Below, one piece after another: positions 21,184-30,298 of a DNA stretch of 64,000 nucleotides. A program made the position numbers and the translations under genes. Under the pieces are notes generated by a model, which made no database searches, was not told the DNA's origin, and saw nothing but the letters and a program-made list of their open reading frames with translations. The stretch's first letter is position 1. Every line of letters starts with the position of its first letter. This stretch comes from Candidatus Poribacteria bacterium (lineage in GTDB: Bacteria; Poribacteria; WGA-4E; PCPOR2b): positions 2,400,001 to 2,464,000 of the forward strand of contig OZ244587.1 of assembly GCA_965218095.1 (NCBI GenBank), read 5' to 3'.

Positions 21184-22278
21184 TCACGTTTTACGTTTCA
21201 CGCTCCGGATCTCCGCAATAATCGCGTCTGTCATTTCGACGGTGCCGACCGTTTTCAGCCCCGGCTGCTGGATATCGACGGTGCGGAACCCTTTGTCGAT
21301 TGCACAGTCAACAGCGTTTTCAATATCCGTAGCCTCCGTATCAAGGTCGAAGGAGTGTCGGAGCAAAAGGGCTGCGGACAAAATCTCCCCAATTGGATTG
21401 GCGACCCCTTGCCCGGCGATGTCCGGCGCGGTGCCGTGAATTGGCTCATAGAAGCCTTGCTTGGTGTAGCCGTAGCTCGCCGATGGACACATGCCGAGTG
21501 AGCCAACCAACACGCCTGCTTCGTCGGTGAGGATGTCTCCGAAGATATTCCCCGTCACCATGACGTCAAACTGACTCGGATTTCGGATGAGGTGATAGGC
21601 ACACGCATCAACCAGAATATGATCCATCTCCACATCGGGATAATCCTGGCCAACCTTTGTCGCAACTTCTCGCCAGAGTTTTGAACTTTCCAGCATGTTT
21701 TCCTTCGCCACAGAGGTTAGTTTTTTAGAGCGCTTTCGTGCGAGTTCAAAACTAGCGCGCACCACACGGTCAATCTCCCGCGTCGTGTAAGAAAGCGTAT
21801 TGCATCCGCGTTCTCCGTCTGCGTGCTTCTCGATGCCGCGTGGCTCGCCGTAGTATAAACCGCCAGCCAACTCACGAATCACGATAAAGTCTAACCCCTC
21901 ACCGATAACCTTGTCCTTAACCGGCATAACGGGTGCCAACGCTTTTCTCCCACGAATTGGGCGAAGGTTCACAAAAAGGTCGAGTTCTTTGCGAATTGTT
22001 CCGACTGCGCGTTCGGGACGTTCTGCGCTCGGTACGTCATCCCACTCCGGTCCCCCCGCCGCACCGAATAAGATTGCGTCGGATCTTCGGCATAGCTCTA
22101 GCGTTTCAGGCGGCAGGGCTGTGCCTTTTTCATCGATCGCACAGCCGCCGAGAAGCCCGTATTCGTAGTCAAAGCGATATCCATATTTATCTTGGATTGT
22201 ATCTAATACCCGAATCGCTTCGGCGGTGACTTCTTGACCAATTCCATCTCCGGGTATTACGGTAATTTTTGCGTTCAT
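21184..22278 (-). CDS. leuB: 3-isopropylmalate dehydrogenase
   Basis: PGDGIGQEV, NLRP, RELAGGLYYGEP, NIFGDILTDE and EPIHGTAPDIAGQG motifs. Confidence 0.93.
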   Translation of the reverse strand: MNAKITVIPGDGIGQEVTAEAIRVLDTIQDKYGYRFDYEYGLLGGCAIDEKGTALPPETLELCRRSDAILFGAAGGPEWDDVPSAERPERAVGTIRKELDLFVNLRPIRGRKALAPVMPVKDKVIGEGLDFIVIRELAGGLYYGEPRGIEKHADGERGCNTLSYTTREIDRVVRASFELARKRSKKLTSVAKENMLESSKLWREVATKVGQDYPDVEMDHILVDACAYHLIRNPSQFDVMVTGNIFGDILTDEAGVLVGSLGMCPSASYGYTKQGFYEPIHGTAPDIAGQGVANPIGEILSAALLLRHSFDLDTEATDIENAVDCAIDKGFRTVDIQQPGLKTVGTVEMTDAIIAEIRSVKRKT

Positions 22279-22350
22279 TGATTTTTCTCCTTCAAAATCT
22301 CCCACTCTCCTTCTTCAACAACGAGAGGAATAATATCCCCAACAATCTCT

Positions 22351-24216
22351 TCAGTTCGTTGCTCGTTCCATAATCTCCGTCATCCGAGCGACAAACGCAG
22401 GGGGGTTTTCCATATTCCCGTCAACTAGCAACGCGCCTTCATAAAGCTGTAGAATGCAGTTTTTGATAAGTGTTTCATCGCCTTTGTTCTGGTTGAGTTG
22501 AGCGAGATTTCTTATCAACGGATGGGAGGGGTTGATCTCCAGGATGCGTTTGGATCCAGTGAAATCCTGATTCATCATTTTCATCATCCGCTCCATATGG
22601 GTATCCATGCCGCTCGCTCCGACGACCAAGCTTGCCGCCGAATCGACCAACCTTTTGGATGCGACCACATCCTCAACCTTATCGCCGAGCGTTTCCTTGA
22701 AAACGGTAATTAACGGTTTGGTCTCGTCCTCGGTCAGGGCATCCCTCTGGCTCTCGTCATCCGCCTTGAAGTCTATATCCGCCTGTTCGATGCTCTTCAG
22801 CGGCTTTCCGTCATACTCAAGCAGATGGGGCATATTGAACAGATCCGCAGGATCGATGAAGAACAGCACCTCAATCCCTTGCTTTTTGAAGTATTCCAAA
22901 TTCGGATTCCGTTCTACCGCATCTCTGTTATCACCTGACAGGTAATAGATCTCCTTCTGATCTCCCCCCATACCGGCAACATAATCCTTCAAGGAGGTAA
23001 ACTTACCCTTTTCCGTTTTAGTTGATTCAAACCGTAAGAGGTCGATTAGTCGATCTTTGTTGGCAAAATCTGAGCCAACACCTGTCTTAAAGAGCAGACC
23101 GAAGTTCCTGAAGAATTTCCCGTACTTCTCGGGGTCATTTTTCGTCCAATCTTCCAGTAGAGAAAGGATTCTGCCCGTTAAGATCTCCCGGATTTTTATC
23201 ATCACAGGACTCGATTGCGTCACCTCGCGGGAAACATTCAAGGGCAAGTCTTCGGTATCGACCACGCCTGACACAAAGCGAAGGTATTCGGGCAGGAGTT
23301 CTTTGCAATCATCCTGGATAAAGACCCTACTCGAATAGAGGTGCAGCGAGTTCAGATCCTCCTCCCTGAAAAATCGGAGCGGTGGCGTTTCAGGGATAAA
23401 GATCAGGGCTTTGAAGTTCACGCGCCCTTCGAGAGAAAGATGCAGGTGGCCAAGCGGTGGGTTGAAGTCGTTGGAGATGAACTTATAAAACTCATTTCGC
23501 TCTTCTTCCGTCACCTCATTTCTGTTCTTATGCCATACAGCGCTGACAGTATTCACCTGCTTACCATTGACGGAAACTGGGAAATCGACAAAATTGGAGT
23601 ATTTCTGGATAATCTGCTCAACCCGATACGATTCGCTAAACTCCTTTGCTTCATCTTTCAGCTTGAACAAGATCTGGGCGCCCCTTTGTGGCCGTTCAAT
23701 TTCCTTGATGGTGAATTTGCCCTCGCCTGTCGATTGCCATCGGAATCCTTTTGAGTCCGCATCTGCGTGGCGCGTTTCAATCGTGATTTCATTCGTGAGC
23801 ATAAACACGGAATAAAAACCGATACCGAATTGACCGATCAGGTCGGCGTCAAACGATTTGTTTTCTTCCTTCATTTGCTGCAAAAACTCTAGTGTGCCTG
23901 AACTGGCAACCGTGCCGATCCTTTCGGTCAAATCGTTCTTCGTCATGCCGATGCCTGTATCCGTGATCGAGAACGTCTGTGCATTGGAATCAACGGCGAT
24001 GTCGATCCTTAACGGTGCCTCAGGATTCAGGATATTTTTATCCGTCAACTGCCTGAAACGTACTTTGTGCAAGGCATCGGAAGCATTAGAAATCAGTTCA
24101 CGGATGGCGACTTCGGGATGGGTATAGAGCGAATTCACAATGAGATGCAGGAGTTGTTTCATCTCCGCTTTATACTCAAATTCCTGGATTTGTTCGGTGT
24201 TGTTGTTATCAGCCAT
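22351..24216 (-). CDS. htpG: Molecular chaperone HtpG (Hsp90)
   Basis: RELISNASDA, DTGIGMT, IGQFGIGFYS and DLPLNVSRE motifs. Confidence 0.97.
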   Translation of the reverse strand: MADNNNTEQIQEFEYKAEMKQLLHLIVNSLYTHPEVAIRELISNASDALHKVRFRQLTDKNILNPEAPLRIDIAVDSNAQTFSITDTGIGMTKNDLTERIGTVASSGTLEFLQQMKEENKSFDADLIGQFGIGFYSVFMLTNEITIETRHADADSKGFRWQSTGEGKFTIKEIERPQRGAQILFKLKDEAKEFSESYRVEQIIQKYSNFVDFPVSVNGKQVNTVSAVWHKNRNEVTEEERNEFYKFISNDFNPPLGHLHLSLEGRVNFKALIFIPETPPLRFFREEDLNSLHLYSSRVFIQDDCKELLPEYLRFVSGVVDTEDLPLNVSREVTQSSPVMIKIREILTGRILSLLEDWTKNDPEKYGKFFRNFGLLFKTGVGSDFANKDRLIDLLRFESTKTEKGKFTSLKDYVAGMGGDQKEIYYLSGDNRDAVERNPNLEYFKKQGIEVLFFIDPADLFNMPHLLEYDGKPLKSIEQADIDFKADDESQRDALTEDETKPLITVFKETLGDKVEDVVASKRLVDSAASLVVGASGMDTHMERMMKMMNQDFTGSKRILEINPSHPLIRNLAQLNQNKGDETLIKNCILQLYEGALLVDGNMENPPAFVARMTEIMERATN

Positions 24217-24352
24217 GATTCAAATTCTCCTTTCTGTCGTAGCTTTGAAGGAAGTAAAAGCGAGATTTCAGTTGATTGTGAGTCTGTTGATCGCATGTGA
24301 ATTTAGCTTCTTGTTGGGATAACTCTTGACGGTAAAGCCAACTTAGGCGATC

Positions 24353-24688
24353 TCAATGGTTTTCTTGCGTACCATCTTTCTCTTCCCACCACTTGATCCA
24401 ATGTGTTTTGACTTGGGGTGGACTGAATGCGCCCGGGTTTGTGATAATCTCGATCCCAGTGATTGCTTGAAGCACAAACCCCCAAGGCAGGTTGTCTATC
24501 TCGTAACGAGCGATGATAAAAGGAATCGCCGGATATCCTAACTTCCGGTATGCGGGGTAGTCGAGATGGTCCTTCATATTTGAACTAAATATGACGCCTT
24601 GACAGTGTTTTTCCCATTCTTTCGTATGGATTTCAAAGACTTCGGTGGTGTTCATGCAAACACAGTCCTCATTTTTCATTGCATACAC
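24353..24688 (-). CDS. Small hypothetical protein
   Basis: ~100-aa ORF with SS...PAY..LG.PAIP.I...W..VL..ITG...W..WW pattern typical of small conserved hypotheticals. Confidence 0.5.
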   Translation of the reverse strand: MYAMKNEDCVCMNTTEVFEIHTKEWEKHCQGVIFSSNMKDHLDYPAYRKLGYPAIPFIIARYEIDNLPWGFVLQAITGIEIITNPGAFSPPQVKTHWIKWWEEKDGTQENH

Positions 24689-25289
24689 CTTTCCATCCAG
24701 GCTTCTGGTGCATCTTTCCAGATGGCGTCAAAGCCCTTGCGAAAGACGCACTATATCCAGGCTCAACGCCCGCAGGTCTTGGGGCTCATGGTCGTGTACG
24801 GGGTCCTTACTAGAGCGCAGGCGCTGCCCTCCATTTTACTACATTCGCAAGTTCGAGTCAATCCTAAAAATTGATAACCTTCAGAACCTCACAGTAGCAC
24901 ACGGGGAAACATGCGCACCCATCGTCGTTGATGATGCGGTAAGTCGTTGACCGCTGTCGTCGGACTTACGCGACTCGTTACGCTATCTGAGGCCGGAATC
25001 ATCACATTTTTAATTAAGCGAACATCGTCTTTAGGTTGTAAAGGGGTCATGATTTGGTCTCCACCTCCGATTCGGTCCTATACTGAGTTCAAGAAAATGC
25101 TATACTTTTCCATGGCGATTTTTCTCAAATTCTTGTCACATCAGGGTTGGGGACTTGTGCCTTTTCAATTCCCAATCCAGTAAAATCAAGGGTCGAGCAA
25201 TGCTCGCCACCAATTTTCGCCAGAGCCCAGAATGTAACAGATTATCAGATAACGGTGATTTTTTCAAGGGCTCATTTTATACCAATCTA

Positions 25290-25322
25290 AACCTTGCGAA
25301 GGTTTGAAACCTCCGCAAGGTT
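25290..25322. repeat. REP-like palindrome AACCTTGCGAAGGTTTGAAACCTCCGCAAGGTT
   Basis: Near-identical copy at 49794-49826 and a diverged copy at 52148-52180. Confidence 0.75.
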
Positions 25323-25428
25323 TTTGTGGCGGATTGATCGAAAATGGGTATTAGCCACTTTTCTGATTGAAAGTTCTGTAAGAACATGATAAGATACTCA
25401 CTATCATTTGGATCTGGGTGGGTTCGCC

Positions 25429-26889
25429 ATGAAAAATATATTAGTGATTGATGATGATGAAAAGATCTGTTGGGCTTTCGAGCAATTTTTAAGGGACGAA
25501 GGCTACCGACCGATTATCGCCAATAATGCGGAGGAAGGCTTGCGGAAGATTCGGTCGGAAGCGCCTGACGTCGTTCTGCTTGACGTGCGACTGCCAGGCA
25601 TGAACGGACTCGAAGCGTTGAAACAGATCAAAGCCCTCCAGCCGGAGGTCATCGTGATCGTGATGACGGCGTATGATAGTGTGGAGACGACTATTCAGGC
25701 AATGCAGTTGCATGCGTTTGATTTTATCCCAAAGCCGATCGATTTGGACAACGTGAAAGCGATTATTGATCGCGCCACACAGATGCAAGTTGAGCGCAGC
25801 AAAATCCCGCGCAGCGGGGTCGTTCGTAGTGAGTTGCCTTCGGTGGACGCTGAACTACCGGCGCAGTCACAGGAACATCGCCTAGTAGGAAAAAGTCCGC
25901 AGATGCAGGAGATTTATAAACTGATTGGGATCATGGCGAGCAACACAATCACGGTGTTTATTGAAGGTGAAAGTGGGACAGGAAAAGAGTTAGTTGCACG
26001 TGCAATCCATTCCAATAGCCTGCGCAAAGACAAACGCTTTGTGACTGTCAATTGTGGTGCGCTTCCCGACGACCTGCTGGAAAGCGAACTCTTCGGATAC
26101 GAGGCGGGTGCGTTCACAGGGGCGAGCGCCAAAGGTAAGCCGGGCAGGTTCGAGCTCGCAGATGGCAGTACGCTGTTTCTCGATGAAGTCAGTAATATGA
26201 GCCCGGCGCTGCAGGTGAAATTACAACGTGCCTTGCAGGAACAAGAAATCGAAAGGCTTGGTGGTACAAGTCCACTCAAAGTGGATGTGCGTATTATTGC
26301 CGCAACAAACCAGGACCTTGCGGAAGCGGTCAGGCTCGGACGATTCCGTGAAGATCTCCACTATCGCTTCAGGCTGCTTTCAATCAATCTCCCACCGCTG
26401 CGTGAGCGAGCAGAGGATATCCCACTGTTGGTCGATCATTTCTTGCAGATGGTCAGCATCGAACTTGGGCAGAATGTTCGGGGCATTTCGAGTCGATGCA
26501 GGGAACTCTTGCAGCAGTACGATTGGCTGGGAAATGTACGAGAATTGGAGAACACAATCAAAAGCGCCGCGGTGCTATCGCGAGCGGACGTCATCCTGCC
26601 GGAACACCTCCCGCCCGAGATCCTCAATTACAAAGGCAGAAGGCAATCGGCCCAATCCCGCTTGGAGATGGCGCTTGAATCGATGCTGAAAGAAACTGTC
26701 AAGGCCGCTGTAGCGCAAGACCACGGTTCATTATACGATGAAGTCATCAATGCCGTTGATCGCACACTCATCAAGCTCCTACTTGAAGAGGTCCGAGCCA
26801 ACCAGACAAAATCGGCAAAGCTGCTGGGAATCAGCCGCACAACACTGTTACAAAAGATTAAGAAATTGAGCCTCGAAGTGAACTCGTGA
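25429..26889 (+). CDS. Sigma-54-dependent response regulator (NtrC family)
   Basis: Receiver domain, GESGTGKE, GAFTGA, LFLDE and C-terminal Fis HTH. Confidence 0.95.
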   Translation: MKNILVIDDDEKICWAFEQFLRDEGYRPIIANNAEEGLRKIRSEAPDVVLLDVRLPGMNGLEALKQIKALQPEVIVIVMTAYDSVETTIQAMQLHAFDFIPKPIDLDNVKAIIDRATQMQVERSKIPRSGVVRSELPSVDAELPAQSQEHRLVGKSPQMQEIYKLIGIMASNTITVFIEGESGTGKELVARAIHSNSLRKDKRFVTVNCGALPDDLLESELFGYEAGAFTGASAKGKPGRFELADGSTLFLDEVSNMSPALQVKLQRALQEQEIERLGGTSPLKVDVRIIAATNQDLAEAVRLGRFREDLHYRFRLLSINLPPLRERAEDIPLLVDHFLQMVSIELGQNVRGISSRCRELLQQYDWLGNVRELENTIKSAAVLSRADVILPEHLPPEILNYKGRRQSAQSRLEMALESMLKETVKAAVAQDHGSLYDEVINAVDRTLIKLLLEEVRANQTKSAKLLGISRTTLLQKIKKLSLEVNS

Positions 26890-26918
26890 AACGTGAATCA
26901 CATTTTACATTTCACGCA

Positions 26919-28424
26919 TCAAAAGTTGTACAATTCTCCGTACTTTGACCGAAGATAGCGGATATACGGTTCAATGTGCAGCGGTCCCCCGGTGACGCGC
27001 TTAATCAGTTCAGGTGCAGTGTATTTGCTGCCGTGCTGGTAGATGTTCTCCTTGAGCCAACCGTGCAATGTGCCAAATTCCCCCGCTTCAATCTCGCTCG
27101 CAATCTCAGGGTGTGCATTCAAACCGGTCTCGAAGAACTGCGCCCCCAAGATATTGCCCAATGTATAGCCTTGGAAACTGCCGCCAATCGTACCGCTATA
27201 CCAGTGAACATCTTGGAGCGCACCGTCCCGATCGTCTGGCGGGACGATGCCAAAATCCGCCTTAAAGCGTTCATACCACGCTTCGGGCAGATCTTTCACG
27301 GCGAGCACCCCTTCAAGCAGATCCAACTCAAAATCGAAACGCAACATGACGTGCAGGTTATAGGTCACTTCATCGGCGTCCGTGCGGATAAGTGAGCGTT
27401 CCACTTTGTTGACCGCCCGATAAAATGTCCCTATCGGTACATTCCCAAGTTGATCAGGGAAGACCGATTGAAGTTTGGGATAGAAGAAGTTCCAGAAGCC
27501 CCGGCTTCGCCCGACGACGTTTTCCCAGAGACGCGATTGACTCTCGTGGACCCCCGACGATGTCCCACCGCCAAGCGGCAGCCCCTCGAAGTCCATGCAA
27601 ATGCCCTGCTCATACAGTGCATGCCCTGCCTCGTGCGTCATACTGAACAGCCCTTCGCTCAGGTCATTTTCCTTCGTGCGGATGGTGATGCGAACATCAC
27701 CGAGCGAAAATTTGGTCATAAACGGGTGGTGAGTTTTATCGTGTCGTCCGCGTTCAAAGTCATAACCGAAGCATTTGATCACGTCGGCGGCAAATGCAAT
27801 CTGCTGCCCTTCGGGAAAAGTTTGGCGCAGACAACTGTCATCAGCAGTCGGTTGAGCGGTAATCGCCCGCATAATCGGTGCCAGTTGTTCGCGTAGTTCG
27901 GCAAAAAGCGGGCGGATGGTCGAGACTTTCATACCCTCGTCGGCAAAGTCGATTAGAGGGTCCGCAACGTGCTCATAGCCGGGAAAGAAATCCGCGAGCC
28001 GTCGGCTCAAGTCAAGCGTCTTTTCGAGGTAAGGCTGCACAGCGGTAAAGTCATTCTCCGATCGGGCTTTCGTCCAGACTTGGTACGATTCAGCCGCGTG
28101 GTTCTGGAATTCCGCCGTGAACGATGGCGGCACCTTTGCAGCTCTCTCGTATTCGCACCGAGTGACGCGAATTAGGCTTGCATCATCTGAGTCGTAGGGC
28201 AGACTCTCCTCATAGCTGCACAACGCATCGAGCAGCTTGCCGATAGACGGATCAGCAAACTTCTCATGCGCGAGGCGACTGAGCGTGGCAATTTGACGAC
28301 CACGGGCAGCTACACCGCCCGGCGGCATGTAGGTAGCCTGATCCCAGTGCAGCAGCGAAGCCGCTGACCCCAAGTCGTTAATTTCAATCAGGCGTATCTT
28401 GAGCTCTTGTAGTTTGGACTCCAA
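26919..28424 (-). CDS. Carboxypeptidase Taq (M32)
   Basis: HPF, HEAGHALYEQ, HESQS, IRTDADE and QDVHW motifs. Confidence 0.95.
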   Translation of the reverse strand: MESKLQELKIRLIEINDLGSAASLLHWDQATYMPPGGVAARGRQIATLSRLAHEKFADPSIGKLLDALCSYEESLPYDSDDASLIRVTRCEYERAAKVPPSFTAEFQNHAAESYQVWTKARSENDFTAVQPYLEKTLDLSRRLADFFPGYEHVADPLIDFADEGMKVSTIRPLFAELREQLAPIMRAITAQPTADDSCLRQTFPEGQQIAFAADVIKCFGYDFERGRHDKTHHPFMTKFSLGDVRITIRTKENDLSEGLFSMTHEAGHALYEQGICMDFEGLPLGGGTSSGVHESQSRLWENVVGRSRGFWNFFYPKLQSVFPDQLGNVPIGTFYRAVNKVERSLIRTDADEVTYNLHVMLRFDFELDLLEGVLAVKDLPEAWYERFKADFGIVPPDDRDGALQDVHWYSGTIGGSFQGYTLGNILGAQFFETGLNAHPEIASEIEAGEFGTLHGWLKENIYQHGSKYTAPELIKRVTGGPLHIEPYIRYLRSKYGELYNF

Positions 28425-28557
28425 AGGTTGTTCCTCCTAAAATCTTGAATATCAACAGGAAGGCGACCAGCAGTTGATTCCTGCGGGTGTGTTCTTCAAC
28501 ATCATCGGCTTGGTTATAAGTCCTGTATCGAGAAGATTGTGGCGGGATAACCGTCCT

Positions 28558-29181
28558 TCACGAGTGTGCACTATGTCCAGCAAGATATGGTCTGAGCTCT
28601 GCCGCTAAAATGCCACCCTGTCGTCGAATCTGCGGCGGTGAAACCGATAGATCTAAAACGGTTGAAGCAATCCGGGTGAACGTCCGTCCACCGTCCAGGA
28701 TCAGGTCAACGAGATCGCCGAGTTGGGCGTATACTTCTTCTGCTGAAGTTGCCGGCGGTTCGTCAGATTTGTTTGCGCTTGTTGTCGCTATCGGCTTGCC
28801 AAAACGTTGGAGAAGCGCCAGCGCCAATGGGTGATTCGGCATGCGCACACCAACCGTCTGCCCACCGGCAGTAATTTCGGGCGGGAGCTCTTTTGCCTCA
28901 ACAATCATAGTCAACCCGCCCGGCCAGAACTTTTCAGCGAGTTGAAAAAAGGGTGGCGTCAAATTTTGGGCGACACGCTCGACATCGCCAATCGATCCAA
29001 CAAGAATCGGAATCGGTTTGTCGATTGGCCTTCCCTTCATCCGATATAACTTACGCACAGCCTCCGGTTGGAATGGCTGGACGCCGATGCCGTACACGGT
29101 ATCGGTCGGGAAAGCAACCACATCGCCACGGTTCAAGAGCGCAACCGCTGGATCAATGAATGAATCGTCGAATGGGTTCAT
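28558..29181 (-). CDS. tsaC: L-threonylcarbamoyladenylate synthase (Sua5/TsaC)
   Basis: FPTDTVYG, KGRP, FWPGGLT and TSANKS motifs; adjacent to tsaD. Confidence 0.9.
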   Translation of the reverse strand: MNPFDDSFIDPAVALLNRGDVVAFPTDTVYGIGVQPFQPEAVRKLYRMKGRPIDKPIPILVGSIGDVERVAQNLTPPFFQLAEKFWPGGLTMIVEAKELPPEITAGGQTVGVRMPNHPLALALLQRFGKPIATTSANKSDEPPATSAEEVYAQLGDLVDLILDGGRTFTRIASTVLDLSVSPPQIRRQGGILAAELRPYLAGHSAHS

Positions 29182-29266
29182 GACTTGATGAGTTCAGGAG
29201 TTCAAGGGTTCATTATAGTTCAAGGTTTTCAAGGTTTTCCACGTTTTACGCATTACGCTCTACGCC

Positions 29267-30271
29267 TCATACAATTGATCCGGTGGCAGAGGCGTTGAGA
29301 TCTAGCCCGTCCCGAAATCCTTCCTGATACTTGTGATACGCTGCCCCGGCGATCATCGCGCCGTTGTCGGTACAGAGTTGAATCGGCGGATAGTAAACCG
29401 CTGCCCCAATCTCAGCGCCAGCCTCACGCATTGATTGGCGTAATTGGCGATTTGCTGCAACGCCCCCGGTCAACGTGATGGCTCTGGCGTCTTTCGCTGC
29501 TGCGGCTCGGATTGTTTTCTGCACAAGCACCTCCACCACCGCCGCTTGAAAGCTCGCCGCGATGTCCTCGATTGGCGGCAACCTTCCCGACGCTTTCGCT
29601 TTCTCCACGAAATATCTGACGGAGGTTTTGATCCCACTGAAGCTGAACTGATAATTATCCCTGTCAAGCATGGGGCGGGGAAAGTCGATTGCGGTGCTGT
29701 CGCCCTCCTTCGCCAAATCATCAATGATCTTACCGCCGGGAAATCCGAGCCCGAGGTACTGCGCCACCTTGTCATACGCTTCACCGGCAGCGTCATCTTG
29801 CGTCGCGCCGAGAATCTCATACTTCCAGCCCTCCTGAACCTCAACCAAAAGTGTGTGCCCGCCCGAAACAGTGAGGCAAACATGTGGAAAGGGAAGTTCT
29901 TCGTGCGCCATGAAGTTCGCGTAGATGTGCCCCTCAATATGGTTGATTCCCAGAAGTGGAAGGTTGTAGCAGTATGCCAGGGACTTCGCGGCGGCGACGC
30001 CAACGAGGAGTGCGCCGATTAAACCGGGACGGTTTGTCACAGCAATCGCCCCGAGATCGCCGAAGGTGACGTCAGCTTCTTTCATCGCTTGATCGACGAT
30101 GTAATTAATCGATTCGATATGTTTGCGCGAGGCAAGTTCAGGGACAACCCCGCCGTACTTCGCATGCAGGTTGATTTGCGATGATATAATGTTGGATCGG
30201 ATGTTTCTGCCGTCGGCGACGACCGCAGCGGCAGTTTCATCACATGAAGTATCAATGCCAAGAATGTCCAT
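29267..30271 (-). CDS. tsaD: tRNA N6-adenosine threonylcarbamoyltransferase
   Basis: LGIDTSCDET, GGVVPELASRKH, HIEGH, SGGHT, DDAAGEAYDK and TDNGAMI motifs. Confidence 0.97.
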   Translation of the reverse strand: MDILGIDTSCDETAAAVVADGRNIRSNIISSQINLHAKYGGVVPELASRKHIESINYIVDQAMKEADVTFGDLGAIAVTNRPGLIGALLVGVAAAKSLAYCYNLPLLGINHIEGHIYANFMAHEELPFPHVCLTVSGGHTLLVEVQEGWKYEILGATQDDAAGEAYDKVAQYLGLGFPGGKIIDDLAKEGDSTAIDFPRPMLDRDNYQFSFSGIKTSVRYFVEKAKASGRLPPIEDIAASFQAAVVEVLVQKTIRAAAAKDARAITLTGGVAANRQLRQSMREAGAEIGAAVYYPPIQLCTDNGAMIAGAAYHKYQEGFRDGLDLNASATGSIV

Positions 30272-30298
30272 CTGAACTCCTTCCACGTTTGCTGCTCA

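Noticed and set aside
24690-25250. Small ORFs or an ncRNA upstream of the NtrC-type regulator
   Set aside because: Only short stop-interrupted frames and no convincing helices were found by eye.
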